From Pelomyxa schiedti (taxonomy: Eukaryota; Protista; Evosea), in the NCBI GenBank assembly GCA_020536535.1, contig JAHLWZ010000151.1:30965-94964 (forward strand): 64,000 nt of DNA. The letters run 5' to 3'. Below, piece after piece: positions 11,634-23,785 of this stretch. Position 1 is the stretch's first letter. Every line of letters begins with the position of its first letter. The notes under the pieces are model-generated. The model did not search any database. It was not told the DNA's origin and worked only from the letters and a program-made list of their open reading frames with translations. Both the position numbers and the translations under genes were made by a program.

Positions 11634-13548
11634 TTATGAAAGTTTGTGTATTGCAGAGAGAAGGTCCTTGTGGTGTTCTGGGGCAACATGCTGTGTGGTT
11701 CTAAGTGATAGAAAAAGGAAAAAAAAAAGGGTAAGGGAGTCACCATTTGTGCTAAGTCTTCCGGTCCTATAAGTGCGGCGATCTTCAAAGAGTCATAGCC
11801 ATTTTCAATGAACACAGATGAGTATGCTGCCAATCCAAGGGAGTGCAACCACCTAGCAACTTCATTGTCAATGTTGGGAATTGGTGCCTTGGCCACAGGG
11901 GCGGGGGTAGGTACGGGTGCCTTGGGATTAGCACTGGCTGATTTATTTGGTGTGGATGTGGATGCACTGGATGTGGGAGCCTGTTTTGTTGGGGGAAGTT
12001 GTTGTGTTTGAACTGGTGCTGCTTGTTTTGCTGGTGGGGCAGACGTTTGTCTTGCTGTTTGTGACGTCGAGACAGGTTTTACTGTTGGTGCAGATGCAGG
12101 CACTGATGTTGAGGTTGAAGCAGCAGTTGTGGAGCTTGTTGAACTTGCTTCCACATCAGCTGTTACCTATTACAAGTTGAGATTCACTTGAGGACTGACA
12201 AGTACCTTAAAAACAGTTAATACTTCCTCTGTGAGGCGTTTGCGTTCATCACGGAGTAACTGCAATTGCTCCTGTCGCAACGACGCTCTGAGGCAAATTC
12301 AATGCTTGTAAATAAGAAACAATTTTCATACAATTTTTCGTCTATTTTCAAGCTGAGTTGCTTTCTTAAAGTTTCTATCTTGTCATGTTCCTCCAGCCAT
12401 ATTTGGCGTTGATTATTAAGGGATTCACATAATTTCTTTTTTTTTTAGTTGTGAAAAATATTGGATGGGTCCTTACAGTGTATTGCGCTTGCTCCGCTTC
12501 AGGCGCAACCCGCCTTTTTGCCTCATTTTGGAGAAGCACAATTTCAGCTTGTACGGATTTACGCATCTCCTCCACCCTCTGGTCATAGGCATCCAATCGA
12601 CGTATCTGGGACTATTGCAGGTTGGCTGTTGTTTGTTTTTATTGTGTTTTGTTGGTAGAGACCTCAAATCTTTCTGTGACAGTCTCACTTTTTTTAAGAG
12701 CAGTTTCCATTCGCTCAGTTTTTTTCAGAGTCTCTTTCAGTTGCCTAACAGCCTTCAACATCACAAAACGTAAGAGATTACTAACTTGAGAGTGGAGTTG
12801 ACATCTTGTATACCAAGTGCAAGTTGCTGTTTAATGGCAGACTGATGCTCAAAAAACGACTGGTTCATGTGATTCAACATTTTAAAGAATGAAGTAAAGA
12901 TACCTTCTGAAAAGTTTCTTCCATGTCCCTCCTCTCCTCTGCATTCTGAGCAGCCTGTGTTTCATATTTCTTTAAAAAGATCCCCCACAGGGATTGCTCT
13001 CTTTCTTTGGCCTCTGTGTTCAGTCTTTGCTCCTGTGCAAATTAACACCTCAATCTTAATCGAAGGGGACCACACCTGAGCAGAGTGTGCTACTTTTAGC
13101 AGTTCGTGAATTCGTTCAGCATTCGTTCCCACCGTGGAATCAAATTTGTGCTCCAAAGTTGTGACTCTCTGAGTCAGAGCCGCCATTTCGGATCGAACTT
13201 CCCTCAATTGGTCGTTCAGTCCCTCTGTCGTTCAAGCAAGATCAGAACTAAAAATTATTGCAACGGCTGCCAGCAAAAACAGGAGAAGAGGAGGAGCGCA
13301 GAAGCACCTACAGAAGCAGATAAACCGTCGAGAGATTTCCTGAACTCGTTGGCGTGGGCCTCGGCGGCCCTCCTGTCCGCGACCTGGGTATCAGATACGC
13401 GCTTGAGCTCCTGCCCTAGTTCGAACAGAAACTGCGCCTTGTTGGCCGTGGTGCTTGGCGTAGTGCTCCTCGCCGCAGCGCCATTTGCAACCGGGGGCGA
13501 AGACGATGACGCGGGCCCTGCGGCGTTCGGCGTACCCGTCCGCGACAT
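11634..13548 (-). CDS. Coiled-coil protein with C-terminal SAM domain; multi-exon
   Basis: Helical exons (AALTQRVTTLEHKF, DAYDQRVEEMRKSVQAEI), then SAM EVARWLHSLGLAAYSSVFIENGYDSL...EDLAQM|HVAPEHHKDLLSAIHKLS*. Confidence 0.75.
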
Positions 13549-13989
13549 TGATTGACTTTTGAATCGATTCGGAGAGAGATCTCTTGTTGGGCCGCACGGA
13601 AGGATGGCAACTCAAACGAAGACTTCATGTTGTCACTCACCCATGCATGGCGTTTTTACTGTTCTTTTCTTGCCACTACCCTCGGAGCTGGTACATTCAT
13701 TGTTTTAATTGATATCCAGAGCTCGGTGTTGGTTTTCCTGTTGCAAACTGAGTCGTTTATCGACGACGAACCTCTTACCTTGTCACCCTCTGGACTTTTA
13801 CTGGTTTGATTTGTATAGTATGATGAACCATATCTGCCCCAGTGGGGAGAGTCATTTTTACCCTCGATGTACCAACGACGAAGGCGAGACCAAGGATTGC
13901 GGTGCACGGCAGCACGTTCCATTTGGACGACGCCACGTGCGTGTTCATGCTCAAGCAGCTCCCACAATGGCGCGACGCGGAGGTGGTCC

Positions 13990-14089
13990 NNNNNNNNNNN
14001 NNNNNNNNNNNNNNNNNNNNNNNNNNNNNNNNNNNNNNNNNNNNNNNNNNNNNNNNNNNNNNNNNNNNNNNNNNNNNNNNNNNNNNNNN
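13990..14089. other. Scaffold gap (100 N)
   Basis: Run of N. Confidence 1.
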
Positions 14090-14311
14090 CTGTTCTGTTT
14101 GCTTGTTTATTATTTTATTTATCGGAGTGGTGTTTTTGATTTTATTATTAAAATACAAATTAAATTTGATTTATTTTAAATAATTATAATGTATTAACCA
14201 TTATTATTAAAAATGTAATTTATTATATAATAATAAATTAAATTTAATGGTTATATATGCGTATTATTATTATATATTATTAATTACGCCTCCAGTTCTT
14301 TTTTCCATTCG

Positions 14312-14380
14312 ACCTGTATTAGAAGTCTCCGCATTACACCAGTTTTTACGCTGCTTTCAACCTGTATTAGAAGTCCCCGC
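14312..14380. repeat. Pair of 21-bp direct repeats, 48-bp period
   Basis: acctgtattagaagtc(t/c)ccgc at 14312-14332 and 14360-14380. Confidence 0.85.
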
Positions 14381-14882
14381 TTTCCGCCAGTATGTGGCTT
14401 CTTCTTTCTTCGTTTTCTCACGTAGGATAATTTAGGTGCCGGACGTGGTGGCTGTAATCCCAGCTGGCTAGGTTTTTCTTATACTGGCACGGTGGTATGT
14501 AGCTTTTTTTTTTTCCAGCTGCGCCAGCTGCCCAGATGGCAACCGCCAACGTACATCCCTCCCCTCGTCATCCCACTCAAAGTACTAGGTACCAGACTGG
14601 GCACCAGGCCGGATTCCTCACACTCACTCTCACCATCCTCACCTCACACCTCTATGTACAAGCCTGAAGTCGAAAATCGACTTCAGGCAAAAAAAAAAGT
14701 TATGCCCTTAAGTCCTTGGATAAAAAATCGTGCCACCTTTTTTTAAATCCACATTTTGAGAAGTGGGCATTGTGAGTACACATGAGAGTGAAAGAGTAAG
14801 AAGGGAAATTTGGGCTTGGGAGAGTACTCTGGTTGGTTGGTGACTTGGGGGTGGTTGTTGTTGGGGTTGGGGGCGAAGTTGA

Positions 14883-14940
14883 ATGATTTACTTATAAACT
14901 GAACATGTATGTTGTTGAAGATGATTTACTTATAAACTGA
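14883..14940. repeat. Pair of exact 20-bp direct repeats, 38-bp period
   Basis: atgatttacttataaactga at 14883-14902 and 14921-14940. Confidence 0.9.
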
Positions 14941-15081
14941 GGCTGAGGCTGAAATCAGGCAGAGGCAGAAGAAGAGTACTCTCGTGGCGGCTGTGGGTTC
15001 TGCTGGTGGTACTTGCCTTTTAACTTGTGGTCAAAACGAAAAGAAAAACAGGGTTGTTGTGTGGCGTTTGTGGCGATGATT

Positions 15082-16156
15082 CTACAAAAAAGAGACCGAG
15101 ACGTATAATCGTAATATGCACACTGCCACGCTACTGCTACTGCTGCTATCTGGTCGGTGTTTTGGCTTGTGGGTTTTTTTACTCTCTCTGTGGTGTGACT
15201 TGTGTGCCAACGGGGTGTTGGTGGTGGCGGGGGTGGTAGGACGATTTAATAAACTGGTCGCGCTTGTGTGTGTGGGGAGGTGGAGGAGGAGTTTAGTGGT
15301 GGTGTGAGTGTGAGAAGGAGAAGGCGAGGGATGACAGGCACTTGTTGAATGCAAGGGCTATTTCGTCATCGGTTGTTGTTGGTGCGGAAACGGTGGGTGA
15401 GAATACAATGGATGCGCAGCTGTACAACAACTTCTCAATCACTGAGAATGGCGGCCGGTTGCACTCTGTTGGTAATAAATGGTTATAACCTTACCTGTAA
15501 GAATTTACTACTAGCTTATATTCCTATTTAATGAACGTGCTGGCAGCTCACCTCTTATTGAGAGACAGGACTTGACAATAAGTGCAACAAGCTGAGAGCA
15601 AATAGGATGAAGATTCGGGAACTTGGAGTCCAACTTTGACGTTGCACGTAGACATGAATTTCTTCTATTCAGGAATTCAACAACAATACCCTCTCCAACA
15701 TCCGTATTTGCACACAGTTGATCCAGTTTGTGAATTGTATGGAGCCTGCAGTAATCGTTTTTGAAATATAAAATGGCCACTTTTTTTTCCCAAAAAATCG
15801 TTTACATAGTTTACGAGCTGTTGTGCTCTTCTCCCTCTGGGTCCGGAGCATAACTAAAAAAACCATTACGAGTGAATGGGAATTCATGTACATACAGAAC
15901 AGCTAGAACGGACTCCACAAATTCATCCACATTTGTAAAGCTGGTTGTATCAGCAGCAGGATTCTTGTGGTTTTGGCACAGAACTTCAATTTCACCTTGG
16001 GCACGCTGCCGGCTCTGTAATAATCCTCGGCCAGTGCCTCGGCTGTGGGGGTGGCAGGGGAGCTGGCAAAGTGGCTCACAGAGGGGAGGAGAACAATGAT
16101 GGGGATGGTGATGGTGCATGTGTTATGGCTATATGAGGATGTGGTGATTGATTCAT
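15082..16156 (-). CDS. Hypothetical multi-exon gene or degraded gene; boundaries uncertain
   Basis: Several protein-like minus-strand ORFs (15811-16119, 15511-15780, 15082-15354) flanked by GT..AG signals. No motif recognised. Confidence 0.35.
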
Positions 16157-16211
16157 TGAGGGCAGCAGCTGGTGAAGAAAATTTTGCCAATCAAAAAAAA
16201 GTTAATTAAAA

Positions 16212-17302
16212 ATGTGGAAGAGACAGAACGAGATCAAGGGGGTGTCGGCAGGGCCGGTGAGCGACGCGTGTTTATTTGTTGGGGTTTTCCGTCTTACGAG
16301 TGGTGTAGGTTATAGAGCTCAAGGCTCTGTTGTTTGAAAAAACCGAAGAAGTCAAGAATGCCAAAATTGCTGGTGAAAGAAGAGCAAAGAAGGTCTGTGC
16401 TTATTTGTTAAAATGCACATTGTTTGCTTTTGCTTTTGCGTTTTCCATTTTCTAATATTCATTGTACAGGTCCGTGGTGAGAAGAAGGGTACATTGCATA
16501 TCAAACAAAACAAAGGTGTGGCTGAACGTGATGCCAAGGATTTGGCTGCAATTGAGAGTGAGACCATGACACCCGAGAAGGCTGAAGCCGCTTTAAAGGC
16601 AAAAGCTGATCTTTATGGGAGAATGGGTATTCCACCTTTTTTTCCCCATTTTGTGTAACATTAACGGTAACAATACACAAACCAGTAAGGGGAGAAGTTC
16701 TGGAATCAACAGACACAAGCAATACCTCACCGGACAAGCCAGAATGCATGGTGGACTTTGGTGTTAAAAGATACGAAGACCTTACGTCTGAAACGTCCAC
16801 TTCCACACAATCCACGGCTTCTACTTCATTTTACGCGGAACCAAGCCCCGTTGTTAGGGATGCTAAGAAGCATTTTCATAGCGCCGACTATCTTGAATCA
16901 TGGGATGAAGGTACGGCAAGGTTGAAAATGCTACTCTTTTAACAGGAACCTTTCTGAACAGACGCCAAGCGCCGCCGCCATCTTGAGCTGCTTGGTCAAG
17001 TTCTGGAAGAAACAAGAGGTGGAAGAGAGCAAGCTCAAGAAACCAAAATGCAAAGACACTCAACAACAGCGGCCAGGTTGGAAACGATCCGGCGCAAGCA
17101 ACTGAGCCACAAACAATACCTAGAGCACCAACAAAGACTCCAAGCTTACAACGAATCCCGAGAGTTGCACACAACAGAAACAACCACACCATCATCAACA
17201 AAATCCACCACTTCTAGCACCACAACTACACCCACAACCACCAACCACACAGAAGACCCCCCTTCTTCTGAGACGGCAACACCAGACACGAACTCCAGTT
17301 GA
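16212..17302 (+). CDS. CCDC174: CCDC174-like coiled-coil protein; multi-exon
   Basis: Spliced MWKRQNEIKGVSAGP|VIELKALLFEKTEEVK, KQNKGVAERDAKD, ALKAKADLYGRM and MVDF follow the CCDC174 motifs (LVDLKAELFRKQEE, QNVGVSNRAEKD, LEEKAKLYEKM, LVDF). Confidence 0.75.
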
Positions 17303-17422
17303 GAAAACTATGTATAAAAAAAAAAGACATGGAAAGGAAAAGGCATAAATTTGTCTTTTTGAATAGTGTTTTTGGGTTTTTGTTTTGTTTTTATGCCTTT
17401 TGTTGGGATGGGTATTGGGAGA

Positions 17423-18865
17423 TCAAGCCCAAATCTGGAGGTAAAGTGAGAATTAAGAAAGGAGGAAATTGCCAAGTACCCTAAGGGAACTGTCCCAAGA
17501 GCCAGTGCAGAGTGCCATGCCATCAACACTCACACCAAGGCAGGACACACGGTTTTCGTGCCCTGTCAAAGTCATCACCTTGTCGCCCTTGAGTGTATCC
17601 CACATATTACAGTTAAAGTCTGAGGAGTGGTTAGTTGGACAAAGGAGTAACGAGAAGGGAAAAACCGTCATAGCCTGCGAACAAGAAACGGCCACTAAAG
17701 CTGAAAGCAACAGAGGTAATACCACAGACAATGCCCTCTGGGTTTATTTCAGTAAATCTCAGCATAACGGGAAGGGATTTCACACCGTGCATGTATTTCA
17801 TAAGTTCACGATCAGCACGAAGATCGAAGAGTCGGCAACTGGCATCATCAGAGCCTGTGCCAAAAGCGAGGCCATTGGGGAAAAAGCTATACATAGGCCC
17901 TAAGTAGACAAAAAGGAGAATAACTTAGAACTACCTGACGGAGTTTATATCAGACTCGTGACCGGTGAACGTTTGTACACATTTGTTGGACCTTATATCC
18001 CACAGTTTCGCTGTAGCGTCACAGGCACCGCTGACGAAGGTGTTTTTATCGGGTGCTATTGATACACTGTGCAGAAGTTGGAGGAATCCCAACCAAGAGA
18101 GATATTACCTCATTACATCGCCGGTATGGTCAGCAAATTCCGAAATTTTGTTGCCGTTTTCGATGTCCCACAATATACACAACATGTCTCCGGAGGATGT
18201 GATGATTTGTTGTTCGTTGAGGAATCGGCAGCAGGAAAGGTATCCAGTGTGTGATGTCAGCTCTCGAGAAACGCGAATAGGCCCCTCCCTTTGCCTCAGA
18301 GAGTAAATTGAACAGGTGTTATCCAAACCACCACAGGCCACAAAGTTCGATTGAGGAGAGTATGCGCAAGTCATAACCCTTTGTGGGAGTTAATCAAAAC
18401 AGAGGTGGATGTTCGCCATACCAAGATGAGCGGAGGGGAATGACATGAACTTTGTTTCTGCAAAACAGTAAGTTCATCAACATCAAGATTTGGGAGGATG
18501 AATGTACGTGGACAAGCCATCCCAGACCAAGAGTTTCCCGTCCTGTGAGGCGGAAACAAGGTGGGTCTTGTCCTCAGACCAATGCATGGCATAAATCTTA
18601 GCCAAGTGGCCCTTCAAAGTCCTACGGGAGGTGACTTTGTCAACACGCCCAACGAGCGAAGGAATGTCCTTCGTGGCGAGCTTCACTAAAACAGTGTGAA
18701 TTGAAGGGGAAAAAAAAAGAGAAAGTTTTCCTCTCCGAAAAGAGCGGGAAACGTACTGGTGGAGTCGTTCTTTTCGGCTCGGTGAGCGTTAATTTCCTCC
18801 TTCATTCGGTCACATTCGTGCCTTACTTTCTGTATTTGCTCGGCAATAGACTTGGGATCTCCCAT
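17423..18865 (-). CDS. gpbA: Heterotrimeric G-protein beta subunit (WD40); multi-exon
   Basis: [80 protein letters not shown]|IWA*. Confidence 0.97.
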
Positions 18866-19101
18866 TTGTTTGTTATGTACGTTAGTCTGTTGTCGCTCGG
18901 CTGTTGTTTACTTTTCTTTTTTTTCTTTTGTTTTGTTGTTTGGGTTTGAATCGATTTTCTCGGTTTCTTTGATAACGGCCTTCCCTTTTTGAAACAGTTG
19001 CTTCGGGCCATCAAACAATAAAACCCCGGCGCGTTTGACACCTGGGCGAGATCCAGCTTATCGCCATAACTTCGTATCTTTTCTTGGAGATCTAGGACAC
19101 C

Positions 19102-21534
19102 ATGTCGGGGGCAAGAGGGGGAGGCAGTACAATGCAGCCGCAGACACCACTTTCTACGCCAAAAGGCCCCCCGAACGCACCTCGTTCCGTGACCGGACAG
19201 AGTACACGTCCGTCGTTGTTGGGAACGTCAACAATGCGAGCGACTCTGGGACCAAACTGGAGGTAGTAGTCTCCTTGTGAGCATGCTCGAGAAAATGACA
19301 GCTTTGAAAAAAAGAGGGGGACAGGCTACGGACCCGCGACCACTCAAGGATCCTGCTTTTCAACACAAATGCAGTGACAATATACTGAAATTCCTTCAAG
19401 AATACGGCTATGACAAGTACTCATTCTCTCCCCCTAGTATCTCGCAAAACAGGTATGCAAAAAAGGACTTTAAATCAGAAGTTGAGCAGTCTATCATCTA
19501 AAGAGACCTACTTGATTCTCGAATTTGTCTATAGTCAACTGAATCCAAAATTCAAGTTCACACCAAAAAAGGAGGATGAGTCTCTTTTAGTTGTGTTGTC
19601 CTCCCTGAGGTTGCGAAACAAAATAGTATAAAAAGACTTAATGTTTGTGCCAAGGTATCCATTCAAAATTACAAAAGCAATCCTGATGAATTGCCTTACC
19701 CCTCACGGTTGGTCTACAATGCTAGGGATTATGGATTGGCTTGTACACATTGTCCGGGTATGTCTCACTTCTTCATGAAAGTGCTTAAATTTTCCAGTAT
19801 TCAAAAAAAGAGACATCACAACAGTCTTGTGTAACACTTAGTGGCTCTATGACTGCTGCAATCAAAGAAGTCAATAAAGCATCTCTACAGGTTTTATTGT
19901 CCTCCTACCCGTTATGGATGGCTGGGAATGATCCTGCTTGTAAAAAAATAATGGACGAATGTGAGAGCGCCTTAGGTATGCACAAATCATATTGTCCCTG
20001 TTGCTTTCTTGTATTTGTTTATGGAATAGAAACATTCTCATCCCAGCTCAACGAAAGGCAACACTTGAGGAGTCAATTCTCCAGTTACACAATGAAAAGC
20101 AATCTATTGAACATGACTTGAAAGTGAGAGAAGACCCCGTGGTATACTTCTTGGGTACACTGCCACTGCTTAATTCAGAAGAAAGCACTAGATGACTTGG
20201 AAATGAAAATTCAGATTGAATCACAAAAGCTGTCCAGACACATGAAGGCCATTGAAGATCTCAACACCAGAAGAACGAAGTTGCTCCTTACAGTGGACGA
20301 AGCACGCACCTCAGTAGCTAATGCAGGCATATCCAGAAGGATCCCATTGTAGAATCTGATTGTCACTAGAAAATGAACTTATGACTTGCACAAAAGAGCA
20401 GCAGGAACTTGAGAGTCAGGTGAGGATGCAAAAATACAGTGTAGCCGACATTGACCGGATCAATGCCGAGAAAAAATCACTTCTGGCCTCTTTGCAATCC
20501 GTGACTGTAAGTAGAAACCAGCAGCAACAAGCTTGCTGGAATCTTAACCTGGAGACTACCAAGAAGTTTGAGTGTGTCTCCTTCCAGAAAAAGATGTCAC
20601 ATGATGAGTTTTCTTAGACAATTGAGTCAACTTGTGTTGCACTTTAATGTTCAAGTGAGAAATGTGAATCTTACTCCTCCAACTGCGAAGTATGCAAGGG
20701 GCACTGACTATATACTTGTATTGCCTCGTCCACAACCTTTGATAGCTAGTTCCGCTATTCCTCCAAGCAAGGAAGAAATTGAGTTATTCCTTCTGTTTTC
20801 CCAGAACACTAAACGTATACGTGTATGCATGAAGTAAAACCCAAGTAGTACATAACCTTGCAACAGAAATCTGCTTGTGAGTTGCACACAGCACTTCAGG
20901 CCAGGACAAAACAAGTCAAATCAGAAATTCTAAGATATGTATGTGCTTGACCGATTACATTTAGCCTTGCATCTTACCGCGCTTTACAGGAAGGTATTAT
21001 TAACCAACATCAAGTGGCACACCAAACGAAAAGTGTGGCTCTTTGCAGTATAAAGGATCATATCAGTAGGCTTCAAACAACCTACAAGGCTCTGTCCGAG
21101 GTTTACCTGTTAGAGCCAGAACTGGAACTTGACACTTTTCTCTCATTAGGAAGGAACTTCAACAAGTAAAGAGAAATCTGGTTTAGTGCATGCGAGTCAT
21201 GAGGAAACTGAAAAACGAAGGACTGTAGCTAGGCAAGGGAGAAACAAACAAGCCCAAGAACTTGCTGAGGCTAAAGCAAGGTACTTGACACCCTCTTCTC
21301 ATCTTGAACTCAAGAAAAAACAGACTGGAGGATGCCACCAAATGCTTGGACAAAGAAGCAGCTGCCCTCACTATCAAATGTAACGAGTCTGTTCAACAAG
21401 TTCTGGCATTCAAGGAGTATGTTCAAGCTCAGGTTGGGAGGCTAATCACCACCGCCCGCACCGCAGAAACTCAACTAACAGAATGCTGCACTGAAATGGA
21501 CAAGCAGACACCCACGAGGGCCTTGAACCCCTAA
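19102..21534 (+). CDS. NDC80: Kinetochore protein NDC80/HEC1; multi-exon
   Basis: DPRPLKDPAFQHKCSDNILKFLQEYGY, LEFVYSQLNPKFKF, LRYPFKITK, PHGWSTMLGIMDWLV (calponin-homology domain), followed by a long coiled coil. Confidence 0.88.
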
Positions 21535-21715
21535 ACTATCACCTTGTGAATTTTGATGCCAAAGAGGAAAACTGCTTTAGAATAAAAAGAGGTTTCTCAT
21601 TGAATTTTGATAAAAAGAGAACGAAAAGCTAGAACCACATGCGCGTCTTGACTTTTAGCCTTTTCTACAAGGTCCAACCACCAGTTCAGGATTGTGGGAT
21701 TACAGGGGGTTGTGC

Positions 21716-23475
21716 TCAGAAAAACGGAACAATCCAGGACTGGGGCAGCAGTATTGTGTGGAGCATTTCTGCGATGTCGATGTTGGCTGCTGTCTCTTTG
21801 GATGTCTTGGCCAGGGAGGCCACTGATTCCTTCCATTGAATCATTCTGTATGTGTTGTGGTACGTGGGGCCAATGGAGTACCGGAATTGATTGTCCGGTG
21901 CAGAGGAGTGCGTCCTGGTCGCGCGAATTTCGTACTTTTTGGTGCATGACTTTGTCAGATTCTTTCTGGTTGCGACAACACCGCGGATTGTGGCGGTTGA
22001 AGGTCCGAGTTCCATGATTCCGTGGCCGGTACCAAGGCACGTGCATTTCACAACTACCATCTTCTCGTGGGAGTGCGTGGTATCTTCCAGTCTCCAGGAA
22101 CCTTCGTGCAGCTCGAAACTAACCTCTATCTGTATTTGGAATGACATGATCCCAGAGAGTTGTAAATGCACATACCAAGGGTGTGGAGGAGAAAGATATA
22201 TGTTCCGCTCTACAGGTACCGTCTGACCTCACCGTCAAAGTATGTTGGTCTGATGTTTTTATTTTGTTGGGATTGTTCCGTTGTCAGATGGAAATGAAGG
22301 TAATAGTAAACCTACCGGTTTCAGTAAGTGTATGGCAGGTCCTTTCTTTAACAGTATTATTTAGGAAACTCCGCCCAAAAGGAAGGGTTGGGTCAGAAGT
22401 ATCTGCTACTGGAGTCCGTTGTTTGAGTACACCTAAAAGGTTTGGCCCAATCGTGCCGGCATTGTCAAGAATATAGTTCGCATAGATCGCTGGAATTCCA
22501 GTGAAATCTAATCCACACTGGGTCAGCCAATCAGTGGCAGCATTTTTAATAGCGAGTTGGATCTAATCACGTTGAGACGGCATAAATATCGTCATGAACC
22601 TTTGGTAGAAAAGCTAGCAATTTGCGTCGTTGAAATATCTTTTCTATGTGTTGAACCGCTTCGATATCGGCAACCAAAACTGTTTGATGAAGGAGACTAA
22701 ATTTGGGTGCCTTGAGTTCAATGGACATTATTACCAGCAATGTAGTGAGAGTGTTCAATATAGTCTTGCTTGCATTTCTCAAACGCAAAAGTAAACTCAG
22801 GTGGAGTGGCAGATCGACCCTTAGAAATTGGAGGAGTGAATTTCCAGGCTTCAGCGTGTTGTACAGAGTCTTCCTCCCAGCGTTCTATCACCGGAGGAGG
22901 AGAAGTACTACAAGTTACCTGCAGTTCACCCCCAAAACTAGAAAATACAAACAGTTCAATTTGCCGGCCCATAAGGTGGGCAGGAATAGAGGCAGTGAAA
23001 TTCTGGCTCCTCCAACCCTTCAATAAATTAGAACCCCAAGTAACAATAAAGTAGCAGGTTTCCAAACTTACACGTAAAGATCCACACTGCTGCAGAATTG
23101 CGGTATAAGGCCTCCTAATGTCACAAAACAGCCTTTTCCTCCTACCAGTGTCATTATCACTGGATGTTAGCCCAGATAGAACGTCCAGTCTAAGTCTATC
23201 CACCTTGTTCACGTGCTCATCTACAGCTCGAGCCCAGTGAATTGCAGAATACAGGAAAGTGCTGCACTCCTTTTTAAATGCAAATTGCTTTTTCTCCACC
23301 ATAAACTGAGACCAGCTAAGAAATATCTAGAAATAAAAAGTCATTACCCCGGCGCCAGGAAGTACTTGTGGGAACAAACGTCGGACCAGTAGTCAAATCC
23401 AGCAATCATTACAATCATATGTGCTACATCCGGGCACACGCCCACACCCATAAGAGCCTGGGCCAAATCTTCCAT
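21716..23475 (-). CDS. Hypothetical protein; multi-exon
   Basis: Contiguous minus-strand ORFs (22718-23302, 22567-22788, 21716-22171) with GT-AG boundaries. Candidate start MEDLAQALMG at 23475. No family recognised. Confidence 0.55.
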
Positions 23476-23785
23476 TATTATGGGCACTCACACCACACCG
23501 TCGAAACCGGTTAGTTAGTGTTGTTAGTAGAAGGAAAACGACCGTTCCCCCAAGTGTAAATTCCAATGGTGTCCTCCAGCCGTCCCACCCCTCACCGACT
23601 TCCGGTCCACTCAAAGAATCCACAGCACTCAGTTGGGCTACACAAGAGTTCAAGGTATATCGTAGGCACTGAGCCCTAGAAAAGTCGGTTTTCTCTTTTT
23701 AGTTGGTAGTTATCTTCTTCTGATCCCTGTCAACTCATTTGACGCTTCTAAAACCACCTTCTCAACTTTTCCCATCCCCATCTGT

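Noticed and set aside
13709-14183. ORFs spanning the first gap
   Set aside because: They read through Ns. The left fragment may be a truncated gene start but cannot be supported.
14312-14380. Possible CRISPR-like repeat-spacer
   Set aside because: Only two copies, similar flanks, eukaryotic context and no cas genes.
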